From NCBI RefSeq assembly GCF_000016745.1, contig NC_009483.1, positions 1,860,001 to 1,892,000 of the forward strand: a stretch of DNA of 32,000 nt, written 5' to 3'. This document shows, piece by piece, positions 1-8,409 of this stretch (position 1 is its first letter; each line of letters begins with the position of its first letter). Both the position numbers and the translations under genes were made by a program. The notes under the pieces are model-generated. The model ran no database searches and had not been told where the DNA came from. It was given only the letters and a program-made list of their open reading frames with translations. The stretch is from Geotalea uraniireducens Rf4 (GTDB lineage Bacteria; Desulfobacterota; Desulfuromonadia; Geobacterales; Geobacteraceae).

Positions 1-110
1 ACCGGCAGACCATTTCCCGTTAATCGTCCACTGGCTGAAAGAGCATGAAACAGCTGCCGGTGCGGCAAGGAACTAGCCGGCTTTAATCAGGAAACAAGGA
101 GAAAAACGCC

Positions 111-896
111 ATGAGCGCTGCCAGCACAAATGAACAGATTCAAACCGACCTGCGGGACGGTATTTTTACCATTTGCTTTAACCGACCGGAGAAGAAGAAC
201 GCCCTGAACCTGGCCATGTATGCGGCGTTGGTTGATTCGCTGGGAGAAGCGGACCGGGATGATGCGGTACGGGTGGTTCTCCTGACCGGAAATGGGGAAT
301 GCTTCACCAGCGGCAACGACCTGGCGGATTTCATGACCGCACCGCCCATCAGCGCGGAGAGTCCGGTCATGCAGTTTCTTGCTGCCATAAGCCGGTTCCG
401 CAAACCGCTCGTTGCGGCGGTCATCGGCTCGGCGGTCGGTGTCGGGGTGACGATGCTTCTCCATTGTGACCTTGTTTACGCCGGAACAGGCGCTGTCCTG
501 CAGCTGCCATTCGTTAACCTCGGGCTCTGCCCGGAAGCCGGTTCGACCCTGCTCTTTCCCCGGCTCATGGGGCACCAGCGGGCAGCGGAACTGCTCCTGC
601 TCGGAGAACCCTTTTCAGCCGAGAAAGCCTGTTCAGTCGGCATCGTCAACGGGGTTTTCCCGGATGTGGAGGTCCTGGCTGCCGCCCGGACCAAGGCCTT
701 ACAGCTGGCGGCCCGACCGGCCGCAGCAGTGCGCCTGGCCAAAGCGTTGCTGAAAAAGGAGTATGCGGCATCCTTGGAAGAAACCATTGCCGACGAAGGG
801 GCTCACTTTGTCAAGCGGTTGATGTCACCGGAGGCGGGTGAAGCGCTCCGGGCCTTCATGGAGCGGCGTCAGCCCGATTTCTCGCGATTCAAGTAA
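111..896 (+). CDS. enoyl-CoA hydratase/isomerase (crotonase family)
   Basis: 261-aa ORF with a crotonase-like translation (FNRPEKKNALN, LTGNGECFTSGNDL, IGSAVGVGVTMLLHCDLVYA). AAGGAG lies ~9 nt upstream of ATG 111. Confidence 0.9.
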   Translation: MSAASTNEQIQTDLRDGIFTICFNRPEKKNALNLAMYAALVDSLGEADRDDAVRVVLLTGNGECFTSGNDLADFMTAPPISAESPVMQFLAAISRFRKPLVAAVIGSAVGVGVTMLLHCDLVYAGTGAVLQLPFVNLGLCPEAGSTLLFPRLMGHQRAAELLLLGEPFSAEKACSVGIVNGVFPDVEVLAAARTKALQLAARPAAAVRLAKALLKKEYAASLEETIADEGAHFVKRLMSPEAGEALRAFMERRQPDFSRFK

Positions 897-926
897 TAAT
901 GGACTTGGTAATTATCAATATACCCC

Positions 927-1020
927 GTAGGGGCGCCAGCACGGCTTCATCGTGCTTCGCCCTTGTTCGCAACGTCACCAAAGGCGGGCGAAGCAGATAA
1001 GGCGTTTGCTTCGCCCCTAC
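927..1020. repeat. GC-rich GTAG-headed hairpin repeat (REP-like), GTAGGGGCG...CGCCCCTAC
   Basis: gtaggggcg at 927-935 pairs with cgcccctac at 1012-1020. There is an inner hairpin gcgaagca/tgcttcgc. The related motif GGGGCGCC(A/G)GC recurs at 930, 1077 and 1115. It lies between convergent genes. Confidence 0.6.
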
Positions 1021-1131
1021 AATCAAAAACGGTATATCATGAAATTCTATGTCCCTAAGGGAATAGTAAGGCGGGCGGGGCGCCAGCACTGAGCGGGCGA
1101 TTGTTTGTTGTCTCGGGGCGCCGGCGATGAG

Positions 1132-1527
1132 CTAGCTCGAAAGGTTATAATAGTCGAGGATCTTCTGCTTATATTCTGCGATGTCTTTTTCCAGCGATTG
1201 TAATTGGGCGGTTCTCTTTCTTATGTTGTTCAGGTGAGAATCGAGGAGTTCGATCAGGCGCGGCATTATTTTCTCAGGCAGCTGTTCTCTGGTATAGAGT
1301 TCGGCCAGTTCCTTCATTTCCTGCAACGAGAGTCCCAGGGCCTTCAGCTTGAGGACGAACTTGAAACGCTTGATATCTGAATTTTCATAAACCCTGATGC
1401 CTCCTTCGGTCCTTTTCGGGGGCTCCACCAATCCCATCTGCTCGTAAAGCCTTATGGTTCTGGTTGTTATGTGCAATGCCTTGGCAAGATCGCTGATCTG
1501 CATGTATTCATCTGAGCTGAGTCTCAT
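1132..1527 (-). CDS. MerR-family transcriptional regulator
   Basis: 131-aa ORF with an N-terminal MerR HTH (ISDLAKALHITTRTIRLYEQMGLV...GGIRVY) and a C-terminal coiled-coil. It is divergent from the Fe-S oxidoreductase/etf operon. Confidence 0.9.
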   Translation of the reverse strand: MRLSSDEYMQISDLAKALHITTRTIRLYEQMGLVEPPKRTEGGIRVYENSDIKRFKFVLKLKALGLSLQEMKELAELYTREQLPEKIMPRLIELLDSHLNNIRKRTAQLQSLEKDIAEYKQKILDYYNLSS

Positions 1528-1635
1528 ACTTCACCTCTATGTTAAATTAGGCTTTTATACAACACAAATTCCGAAAGCTTGTCAAGAAATTAAAAAATAT
1601 TTTATTGCATGCGACTATTTTACAAATACTTGTAC

Positions 1636-1664
1636 TTGACATGAACGTTAAGATAAAGTATAAC
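1636..1664 (+). promoter_or_regulatory. candidate sigma70 promoter TTGACA-17-TATAAC for the Fe-S oxidoreductase/etfBA operon
   Basis: ttgaca 1636-1641, a 17-nt spacer and tataac 1659-1664, ~33 nt upstream of ATG 1697. It sits in an AT-rich divergent intergenic region, and an imperfect palindrome TACAAatacTTGTA lies immediately upstream (1621-1634). Confidence 0.35.
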
Positions 1665-1696
1665 ACAATTATGTAACTAATCTTCAGGGGTGGCCA

Positions 1697-3682
1697 ATGG
1701 ACGCAGCGAGAGAAATATACTGGAACGTAGGGCACGGGGTGATAGGGCCGATGTACCTCTTTTCTTTGATCGCCATCGCCCTCTGTGGATGGGGTTTTTA
1801 CAAAAGGACACCGATTTACCGCCAGGGGAAGCCGCTAGACCGCCTGGACCGGCTGCCGGAGAAGATTGCCTTTATGGCAAAGAGCGTACTGGCCCAGACT
1901 CGGGTTCTGCGGGTCGTCAACCCCGGGATTTTGCATACCCTCTTTTTCTGGGGGTTCGGTATCCTGTTCATCGGCACCCTGCTCGTCATGGTCCAGGCTG
2001 ACCTCAGCCAGCCGCTGTTCGGGATGGTCATTCTGAAAGGTACTTTCTACAAGATATTCTCGCTCGCACTGGATATTGCCGGGGCTGCCGCTCTCCTTAT
2101 GCTGGCGGGGCTTCTCGTCCGACGCTTCTTCGTCAAGCCGTCTGGACTCGAAATCATACGGGATGACTACGTTGTTCACTCGCTCCTGTTTGCCATTCTC
2201 GTTACCGGCTTCGTTACGGAAGGGGTCAGGATGGCCGCCACGGAACTGATGGCCAATCCCGGCCTGGCCCGCTTCTCACCTGTCGGCATGCTGTTCGGAA
2301 AAATCTTTCTCGGGATGGCCCCGGCCGACCTTGCCCTGGGGCATAAAATCCTCTGGTGGGTCCACTTCTTCCTCGCTATGGGGTTTATCGCTATCATTCC
2401 CTTTACCAAACTGAGGCATATCTTTACCACCAGCGCCAACTACCTGTTCAGCGACCTTTCACCCAAGGGGACCATCTGCACCATCAACATGGAAGATGAG
2501 AGCATCGAGCAGTTCGGCGCCGCCAAGGTCAGCGACCTCACCTGGAAGGATATCTTCGATGCCGATGCCTGCACCTCGTGCAAGCGCTGCCAGGATCGCT
2601 GCCCGGCCCATGGCACCGACAAACCACTCTCTCCCATGAAACTCGTCAGGCAGGTGGGGGAAATCGCCTTTACCAATCCGCAGGGAAGCCTGATCGAGAC
2701 CATCACCGAGGATGCCATCTGGTCCTGCACCACCTGCCGCGCCTGCCAGGAGATCTGCCCCGCCGGCATCGAGCATGTCAACAAGATCCTCGAAATGCGC
2801 CGCAATCTCACTCTCATGGAAGGTTCTTTTCCCGGCGACGAGGTGCGGACCGCCATCGGCAATATCGAAGTGAACGGCAACCCTTTCGGCCTGGCCTACG
2901 CCGGTCGAGGCGAGTGGGCCGACGGGCTCGACGTCAAGGTGATGGAGCGGGACTGCGATGTGGACATTCTCTACTTCGTCGGTTGCTATGCTTCCTTCGA
3001 CAAGCGGAACCGGGAAATCGCCCGGAACTTTATCAAGATCTGCACCGCCGCCGGGGTCAGGGTCGGCATCCTCGGCAAGGAGGAGAAGTGCTGCGGCGAG
3101 CCGGCCAGAAAACTGGGCAACGAATACCTCTACCAGATGTCTGCTGCGGAAAACATCGAGCTGCTCAAGGGTTACGATGTGAAGAAGATCGTCACCACCT
3201 GTCCCCACTGCTTCAATACCCTGGGGCGGGATTACCGCGACCTGGGGCTCGAAATCCCGGTGGAGCATTACACCACCTTTATCAGCAAACTCATGGCGGA
3301 ACAGCGCCTGACGCTAAAGCCCGAGCCGTTCGAGTTTACCTATCACGACTCCTGTTACCTCGGCCGCTACATGGACATCGTCGCCGAGCCGCGGGCGGTG
3401 TTGCAGGTAGCCGGCGGCCGATTGACGGAGATGGCGAAGTCCGGCTACGAGAGTTTCTGCTGCGGTGCCGGCGGCGGCAGGATCCTGGCCGAGGAGAAGC
3501 TGGGGCGGAGGATCAGCGTGGAGCGGGTAAAGATGGCCGAGGCTACCGGGGCGCCGATCGTGGTCTCCAACTGCCCCTTCTGTCTTACCATGTTCGAGGA
3601 CGGGATCAAGACCGGAGGGTGCGAGGAGTCGCTTAAGGTGCGGGACCTGGCGGAGATCGTGGCTGAAAGAATCATACTGTAG
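1697..3682 (+). CDS. membrane-bound Fe-S oxidoreductase (NarI/HdrE-like TM domain + 2x[4Fe-4S] ferredoxin + two CCG cysteine-rich domains); Etf-associated quinone oxidoreductase type
   Basis: 661 aa with N-terminal multi-TM segments containing conserved His. It has CTSCKRCQDRCP and CTTCRACQEICP cluster motifs, and two CCG-type motifs (CCGEPA..., FCCGAGGG..CPFC). It sits directly upstream of etfB-etfA. Confidence 0.85.
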   Translation: MDAAREIYWNVGHGVIGPMYLFSLIAIALCGWGFYKRTPIYRQGKPLDRLDRLPEKIAFMAKSVLAQTRVLRVVNPGILHTLFFWGFGILFIGTLLVMVQADLSQPLFGMVILKGTFYKIFSLALDIAGAAALLMLAGLLVRRFFVKPSGLEIIRDDYVVHSLLFAILVTGFVTEGVRMAATELMANPGLARFSPVGMLFGKIFLGMAPADLALGHKILWWVHFFLAMGFIAIIPFTKLRHIFTTSANYLFSDLSPKGTICTINMEDESIEQFGAAKVSDLTWKDIFDADACTSCKRCQDRCPAHGTDKPLSPMKLVRQVGEIAFTNPQGSLIETITEDAIWSCTTCRACQEICPAGIEHVNKILEMRRNLTLMEGSFPGDEVRTAIGNIEVNGNPFGLAYAGRGEWADGLDVKVMERDCDVDILYFVGCYASFDKRNREIARNFIKICTAAGVRVGILGKEEKCCGEPARKLGNEYLYQMSAAENIELLKGYDVKKIVTTCPHCFNTLGRDYRDLGLEIPVEHYTTFISKLMAEQRLTLKPEPFEFTYHDSCYLGRYMDIVAEPRAVLQVAGGRLTEMAKSGYESFCCGAGGGRILAEEKLGRRISVERVKMAEATGAPIVVSNCPFCLTMFEDGIKTGGCEESLKVRDLAEIVAERIIL

Positions 3683-3705
3683 GGGCGGGGTCTCCCCGCC
3701 CCTAC
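3679..3705. repeat. perfect 12-bp-stem hairpin GTAGGGGCGGGG-tct-CCCCGCCCCTAC overlapping the stop codon
   Basis: Palindrome read directly. It has the same GTAGGGGCG head as the 927 repeat and lies between the Fe-S oxidoreductase stop (3680-3682) and the etfB RBS. Confidence 0.7.
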
Positions 3706-3720
3706 AAATCGGAGGTTTAT

Positions 3721-4497
3721 ATGAACATACTAGTCTGCATAAAACAGGTTCCCGACATGGAATCGAGGTTCAAGGCCAACGGCGAGGGGGTCTGGTATGA
3801 AGAAACGGACCTTGCCTTCCGGATGAACGAGTACGACGAATATGCCGTCGAGCAGGCGGTGAAGCTGAAAGAACAGCTGGGCGACGCCCCCGAGGTCACC
3901 GTCCTCTCCATCGGCCCCGATCGGGTCGTGGAGGCGATAAAAAAGGCGCTGGCCATGGGTTGCGACCGTGCGCTCCATGTCCGGGACCCGGCCGTTCACC
4001 TCAAAGACCCGTGGCAGATAGCTTCCATCATTTCCGGCTACGCCCGCGACAAAGGGTTCGACCTCATCTTTACCGGGATGCAGTCCCAGGATCGGGGCTC
4101 CGCACAAGTCGGCGTTACCGTCGCAGAGCAGTTGGGTTATGCCTGCGTCACGACGCTGGTCGGCTTTAGCTATGCCGACGGGGCCATCACTGCCAGACGG
4201 GAACTGGAAGGCGGCGTCAAAGGGGTTGTGCGTATGAAAACCCCGGCCCTGCTCACCTGCCAGCTGGGGCTCAACGTCCCCCGTTATCCGACCCTGCCCA
4301 ATATCATGAAGGCCAAGAAGAAAGAGATTGTCACCGTTCCGGTGGCAGATCTGCTCAAGGAAGAGCCGTTGGCCGCCACTACCGGATTCTACCCCCCGGC
4401 CAAAAAGGGGGGCGGCATCGTCCTGGAAGGGGACGTAGCCGACATGGCCGACAGGCTGGTTGGGATACTGAAAGATAAAACCGCGGTACTGCGATAG
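3721..4497 (+). CDS. etfB: electron transfer flavoprotein beta subunit
   Basis: 258 aa with the canonical N-terminus MNILVCIKQVPD and PRYPTLPNIMKAKKK. GGAGG RBS. Confidence 0.95.
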   Translation: MNILVCIKQVPDMESRFKANGEGVWYEETDLAFRMNEYDEYAVEQAVKLKEQLGDAPEVTVLSIGPDRVVEAIKKALAMGCDRALHVRDPAVHLKDPWQIASIISGYARDKGFDLIFTGMQSQDRGSAQVGVTVAEQLGYACVTTLVGFSYADGAITARRELEGGVKGVVRMKTPALLTCQLGLNVPRYPTLPNIMKAKKKEIVTVPVADLLKEEPLAATTGFYPPAKKGGGIVLEGDVADMADRLVGILKDKTAVLR

Positions 4498-4506
4498 GAG
4501 AGAGCC

Positions 4507-5421
4507 ATGAAAGCGTTACTCATCTGCGAATATAGAGAAGGAAAACTCCTCGACTCCAGCTACGAACTGCTCGCCTTTGCCGGGAAACTGGGGGCTGACA
4601 GCGCCATGGTCCTGATCGGTGATGCGGTGAATGTCCCCCGGTACGGCGGGACGGTCTACCTGGCTGATGCGGCCGGCTACGGGGAATACAACCCCGACCT
4701 GCACAAACAGCTTGTCCTGGCTGCCGTTGCACAGGAAAACCCCGACTACATCGTCTTCCAGCATTCCTCTTACGGCTGGGACCTTGCGCCGCGTGTGGCG
4801 GCGAAGCTGAAGGTCGCCCAGATATCCGAAGTCATCGGCATTAACGACGATGGCTTTGAGGTCGGCTGCTGCAATGCCAAGATGCGGCGCACTGTCAAGC
4901 CCGCCGGCGCGAAAGCCGTTCTGACCGTCCAGGCAGGGGCCTTCAGTGTCCAGGGCGAGCCTCAGGGGACTCCCAACGTGGAAAAACTGGAGATTGCCGG
5001 GACGGGGAGCGTGGAATTCGTCGGCTATGAGCCCGCCGAGGCAAAGGGTATCGACCTGGGCAAGGCCGAGGTGATCGTCAGTGCCGGCCGAGGGGTGGGC
5101 AAGAAAGACAACGTGCCGGTCATTGCCGCCCTGGCCAAAGCCTTGGGGGGCGAACTGGGCGCGAGCCGGCCGGTGGTTGATGCCGGCTGGGTCGAGCACA
5201 GCCACCAGGTCGGCACCACCGGCCAGACGGTGTCGCCCAAGCTCTACGTGGCGTGCGGTATCAGCGGCGCCATTCAGCACCTGGCGGGAATGAAGAAGTC
5301 GGACTTCGTGGTGGCAATCAACAAGGACAAGGATGCTCCGATCGGCGATGTGGCAGACGTGCTGATCGTCGCCGATGTCATGCAGTTCGTGCCGGCGCTT
5401 ACGGCAAAACTGCAGAAATAG
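4507..5421 (+). CDS. etfA: electron transfer flavoprotein alpha subunit
   Basis: 304 aa with the C-terminal FAD-binding signature (VSAGRGVG...ELGASRPVVDAGW...QVGTTGQTVSPKLYVACGISGAIQHLAGM). The start is 9 nt after the etfB stop. Confidence 0.95.
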   Translation: MKALLICEYREGKLLDSSYELLAFAGKLGADSAMVLIGDAVNVPRYGGTVYLADAAGYGEYNPDLHKQLVLAAVAQENPDYIVFQHSSYGWDLAPRVAAKLKVAQISEVIGINDDGFEVGCCNAKMRRTVKPAGAKAVLTVQAGAFSVQGEPQGTPNVEKLEIAGTGSVEFVGYEPAEAKGIDLGKAEVIVSAGRGVGKKDNVPVIAALAKALGGELGASRPVVDAGWVEHSHQVGTTGQTVSPKLYVACGISGAIQHLAGMKKSDFVVAINKDKDAPIGDVADVLIVADVMQFVPALTAKLQK

Positions 5422-5436
5422 AAGTAATTCCAATTT

Positions 5437-5560
5437 CTCCAATTTCAAATCAAGGATGAAATCAAGGCGGCGAGGATTGAGGCGACGAAGGCGTACAGAT
5501 AGTACGTTGAGGAGCCGAAGACGAGCCAACGAAGATAGCGCCTTGATTTGGAATTGGAAT
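5437..5560. repeat. 124-bp MITE-like palindromic element, copy A
   Basis: Near-identical (3 mismatches by eye) to the reverse complement of 17662-17785. Its ~19-bp terminal inverted repeats are ctccaatttcaaatcaagg / ccttgatttggaattggaat. An extra partial TIR-like aattccaattt sits at 5426-5436. Confidence 0.8.
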
Positions 5561-5621
5561 AACAGAGAAGCAGGGTCATCTATCCGATCCGGGCAGTACT
5601 CCTTTCATTGCTGTGATTCAA

Positions 5622-5650
5622 GGGGCAGGGCCATGCCTGCCCCGGTTTTT
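5622..5650 (+). terminator. rho-independent terminator after the etf operon
   Basis: ggggcagg...cctgcccc stem followed by ggtttttt. Confidence 0.6.
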
Positions 5651-5706
5651 TCCGGCGAGAGGCAATGAGGACTTTAAATAAAGCTATGTCAGTGAGGTAT
5701 TTATCT

Positions 5707-6714
5707 ATGTTGGTAGTCGTCTGCATCAAGCAGGTACCCGATACCACCCAGGTTCAGATCGACCCGCTAACCAATACCCTCGTCCGTGAGGGTATTCCGT
5801 TCATCGCCAACCCGTATGATACCCATGCCCTTGAAGAGGGGTTGCGACTCAAGGACCGGTTCGGTTTTCGGGTCGCAGCCATTTCCATGGGGCCGCCCAA
5901 CGCAGAGGCCACCCTTAAAAAGGCCATGGCGCTCGGTGTTGATGAGGCAATCCTCCTTTCCGACCGGGTTTTCGGAGGTGCCGACACCCTGGCGACCAGC
6001 AACGTGCTGGCGGCAGCAATCCGGAGGCTCAGCAAGAAAGAAGATGTGGGGATTGTCCTGTGCGGCAAGCAGACCATTGACGGCGATACCGCCCAGGTCG
6101 GACCCGGTATAGCAACCAGGCTCGGATATACCCAGCTTACCCTCGTCGACCGGATCGAACAGGTTGATTTGCTCCGCAGGAAGATCAGGGTCAGACGCAA
6201 ACTGGAAGGGCGGCACGAGATTGTCGAGGCGCCGTTTCCTGCCATGCTCTCCGTGGTGCGGGAGTTGAACCGCCCCCGTTACCCGACCGTACCGATGCGT
6301 CTGTCCTCACTGGATGCCGCTGTGGAGGTCTGGAACAACCAGCTTCTCAAGCTCGGCTCGATAGTTTTTCACGATTCCTGCTATCTGGGGCGGCACAACG
6401 ATGTCTATGAGCCGCCGCGCACTGTCATAGCGGCCGCCACGGGTAATTACCCTCTGGAGCTTGCCCGGAACCGTGCCGATTCATTTTGCTGCGGCGCAGG
6501 GGGCGGCAGGATGTGGATGGAGGAGCACTTGGGCGGCCGTATCAACCTGAACAGGGTGGAAGAGGCGCTCGGGACAAAGTCGGATACCATCTGCGTCAGC
6601 TGCCCGTACTGTATGACCATGCTCGAAGATGGCCTGAAGGACCTGCAGGCGGGCCAGACGAAAGTCAGGGATATTGCCGAGGTGGTGGCGGAGGGGCTGC
6701 GCCCTACGGGGTGA
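5707..6714 (+). CDS. chimeric ORF: EtfB-like N-terminal ~216 aa fused in frame to the C-terminal CCG domain of an Fe-S oxidoreductase (probable deletion remnant)
   Basis: MLVVVCIKQVPDTTQV...RPRYPTVP is EtfB-like. After ...NNQLLKLGS the sequence switches to IVFHDSCYLGR...SFCCGAGGGRMW...CPYCMTMLEDGLK...VRDIAEVVAEG. That part is collinear with residues ~545-661 of the 1697..3682 protein. The likely start is ATG 5707 rather than 5665. Confidence 0.6.
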   Translation: MLVVVCIKQVPDTTQVQIDPLTNTLVREGIPFIANPYDTHALEEGLRLKDRFGFRVAAISMGPPNAEATLKKAMALGVDEAILLSDRVFGGADTLATSNVLAAAIRRLSKKEDVGIVLCGKQTIDGDTAQVGPGIATRLGYTQLTLVDRIEQVDLLRRKIRVRRKLEGRHEIVEAPFPAMLSVVRELNRPRYPTVPMRLSSLDAAVEVWNNQLLKLGSIVFHDSCYLGRHNDVYEPPRTVIAAATGNYPLELARNRADSFCCGAGGGRMWMEEHLGGRINLNRVEEALGTKSDTICVSCPYCMTMLEDGLKDLQAGQTKVRDIAEVVAEGLRPTG

Positions 6715-6733
6715 AGCTTTTGTTTGAGAACTT

Positions 6734-7567
6734 TCAACTCTCCCCCGGCTCTTCGAAACTGACCCGACCGAGCTTCCCTGCCCGAAGCTCTCGCAGAAAA
6801 GCCTCGGCGGCCCGTTGCAGATCAACCCCTCCGCCGGCGGCCAGGCAACCCAGGCGACGACCAATCTGTTCGAGAACATCGGCGGCGCTATCAGGCACGT
6901 CAGTGAGTTTGTAACGGGTACTGAGCAGTTCTCGGTAACGCTGCATCATGAACTCGGCCGCGAAGAGCCCAACGTTTATGTACTCGATGGCGCTGGCTCC
7001 GATGGCGCCGCTGGTTGCCAGCCGATAGGACGCGACCTGGTCGCTCATGTCAGGCCAGAGCAGCCCCGGCGTATCGCAGAGCGTAATGCCGTTGTGCAGG
7101 TCGATCTTCTGGGCGGAGGTGGTGATGGCGGGCTTGTCTCCGACCTTGGCCATGCACTTACCTGCCAGGGTGTTGATCAGGGTCGACTTGCCGACGTTGG
7201 GAATGCCGACGACCATGGCACGCACCGGCCATTCCGGCTTGCCGCGGTTCGGCACCAGGCGCCGGCAGAGCTTGATCAATTGGTTCACCTCGCGATGCTG
7301 CTTTGCCGACAGGGGGAGGGCGCGTACCCCGGTCTCTCTTTCGAATGTGCGGACCCAGGCCTTGGTAATTGCGGGGTCGGCAAGATCGTTCTTGTTCAGC
7401 ACCTTGATGCAGGGCTTGTCCCCGCGCAACTTTGCCAGCAGGTGATTGGCGCTGGAGGCGGGCAGTCGGCAGTCAAGGACCTCGATGATTACGTCGATCT
7501 TTCGGATTAACTCGGAAATCTGTTCGTGGGCCTTGCCCATGTGCCCGGGATACCATTGTATTGTCAT
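6734..7567 (-). CDS. rbgA: ribosome biogenesis GTPase A (YlqF/RbgA, circularly permuted GTPase)
   Basis: 277 aa: MTIQWYPGHMGKA, the permuted order NKNDL (G4) before GIPNVGKST (G1), and DTPG. Confidence 0.9.
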   Translation of the reverse strand: MTIQWYPGHMGKAHEQISELIRKIDVIIEVLDCRLPASSANHLLAKLRGDKPCIKVLNKNDLADPAITKAWVRTFERETGVRALPLSAKQHREVNQLIKLCRRLVPNRGKPEWPVRAMVVGIPNVGKSTLINTLAGKCMAKVGDKPAITTSAQKIDLHNGITLCDTPGLLWPDMSDQVASYRLATSGAIGASAIEYINVGLFAAEFMMQRYRELLSTRYKLTDVPDSAADVLEQIGRRLGCLAAGGGVDLQRAAEAFLRELRAGKLGRVSFEEPGES

Positions 7568-7659
7568 TTACGTTGTCTTTCCTCTGGGTTGAAATATAAA
7601 CCTACAGTACCACATTCCACTGACTGTAAGGGGTATTATCTCACTCCATTCCTGTCACT

Positions 7660-7698
7660 GTAGGCGCCAAGGCGCCCAAACCCTGCTGTTGCGCCTAC
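7660..7698. repeat. GTAG-headed hairpin repeat GTAGGCGC...GCGCCTAC
   Basis: gtaggcgc 7660-7667 pairs with gcgcctac 7691-7698. The interior has a ggcgcc aa ggcgcc direct repeat. It lies in the intergenic region between divergent rbgA and rluE. Confidence 0.5.
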
Positions 7699-7835
7699 GA
7701 ATTTCACAAAATAGTCGATTGCCGAATAATAAAAAATAATCTATACAAAGCTTGCCTCAACGTTCCGATGCTGATAACTTGACAAGGTTCAAAACCTTGA
7801 TGTTTTGCCCGAGGACAGATTTCAGAGGAAGTCAC

Positions 7836-8387
7836 GTGCAGATTATTCTTTTCAATAAACCCTTTAACATCCTTTGCCAGTTTACAGAACCGGGCAAACG
7901 CCTGACCTTGGCAGACTATATTTCTATCCCCGGCGTTTATGCCGCCGGTCGGCTGGATTATGATAGCGAAGGTTTGCTCGTCCTCACCGACACGGGACGT
8001 ATTCAGCAGCGAATCGCCGATCCACGCGCTGATATGGCTAAATCCTATTGGGTCCAGGTGGAAGGTGTTCCTACCTTGGCCGCCATTCAACAGTTGACCT
8101 GCGGTGTTCTGCTTGAAGATGGATTGACCTTGCCGGCCATTGTCGAGCAGATTAAACCACCGTCGGTTTGGCTACGCACCCCCCAGATTCGCGAACGGCG
8201 ACAGATTCCAACCACCTGGCTGGCGATAACCCTGACTGAAGACCGAAATCGTCTGATTCGGCGGATGACCGCTGCCGTCGGCCTGCCGACTTTACGGCTG
8301 ATTCGGCAGGCCGTTGGACCATGGCAACTCAATAAGTTACAACCCGGCGACTGGAAAGTCGCCAGCATCCCGGCTGAATGGCTGTAG
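7836..8387 (+). CDS. rluE: RsuA/RluE-family 23S rRNA pseudouridine synthase
   Basis: The translation from GTG 7836 (VQIILFNKPFNILCQF...AAGRLDYDSEGLLVLTD) carries the catalytic GRLD motif. An AGAGGAAG RBS lies just upstream, and the longer 7752 start adds a non-conserved leader. Confidence 0.8.
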   Translation: MQIILFNKPFNILCQFTEPGKRLTLADYISIPGVYAAGRLDYDSEGLLVLTDTGRIQQRIADPRADMAKSYWVQVEGVPTLAAIQQLTCGVLLEDGLTLPAIVEQIKPPSVWLRTPQIRERRQIPTTWLAITLTEDRNRLIRRMTAAVGLPTLRLIRQAVGPWQLNKLQPGDWKVASIPAEWL

Positions 8388-8409
8388 CACCGGATGGAAG
8401 CGAGAAGAC

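Noticed and set aside
1-48. Possible 3' end of an upstream plus-strand gene (frame ending TGA at 46-48).
   Set aside because: Only 15 codons are visible, which is too little to support any call.
4516-5529. Long antisense ORFs opposite well-supported genes. Examples are 4516..5529(-), 2459..3268(-), 14029..15177(-), 15290..16231(-), 9741..10535(-), 26690..27415(+) and 30451..31317(+).
   Set aside because: These are typical shadow ORFs of high-GC coding DNA. Their translations are Arg/Gly/Pro/Ala-rich with no motifs, while the opposite strand encodes clear family members (EtfA, Fe-S oxidoreductase, E1beta/E2, Ald, LtaS-like, cytochrome).
5375-5668. 97-aa ORF spanning the MITE copy A and the terminator.
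   Set aside because: It runs through a repeat element and a rho-independent terminator, and the highly basic RRRGLRRRRR translation is a repeat artefact.
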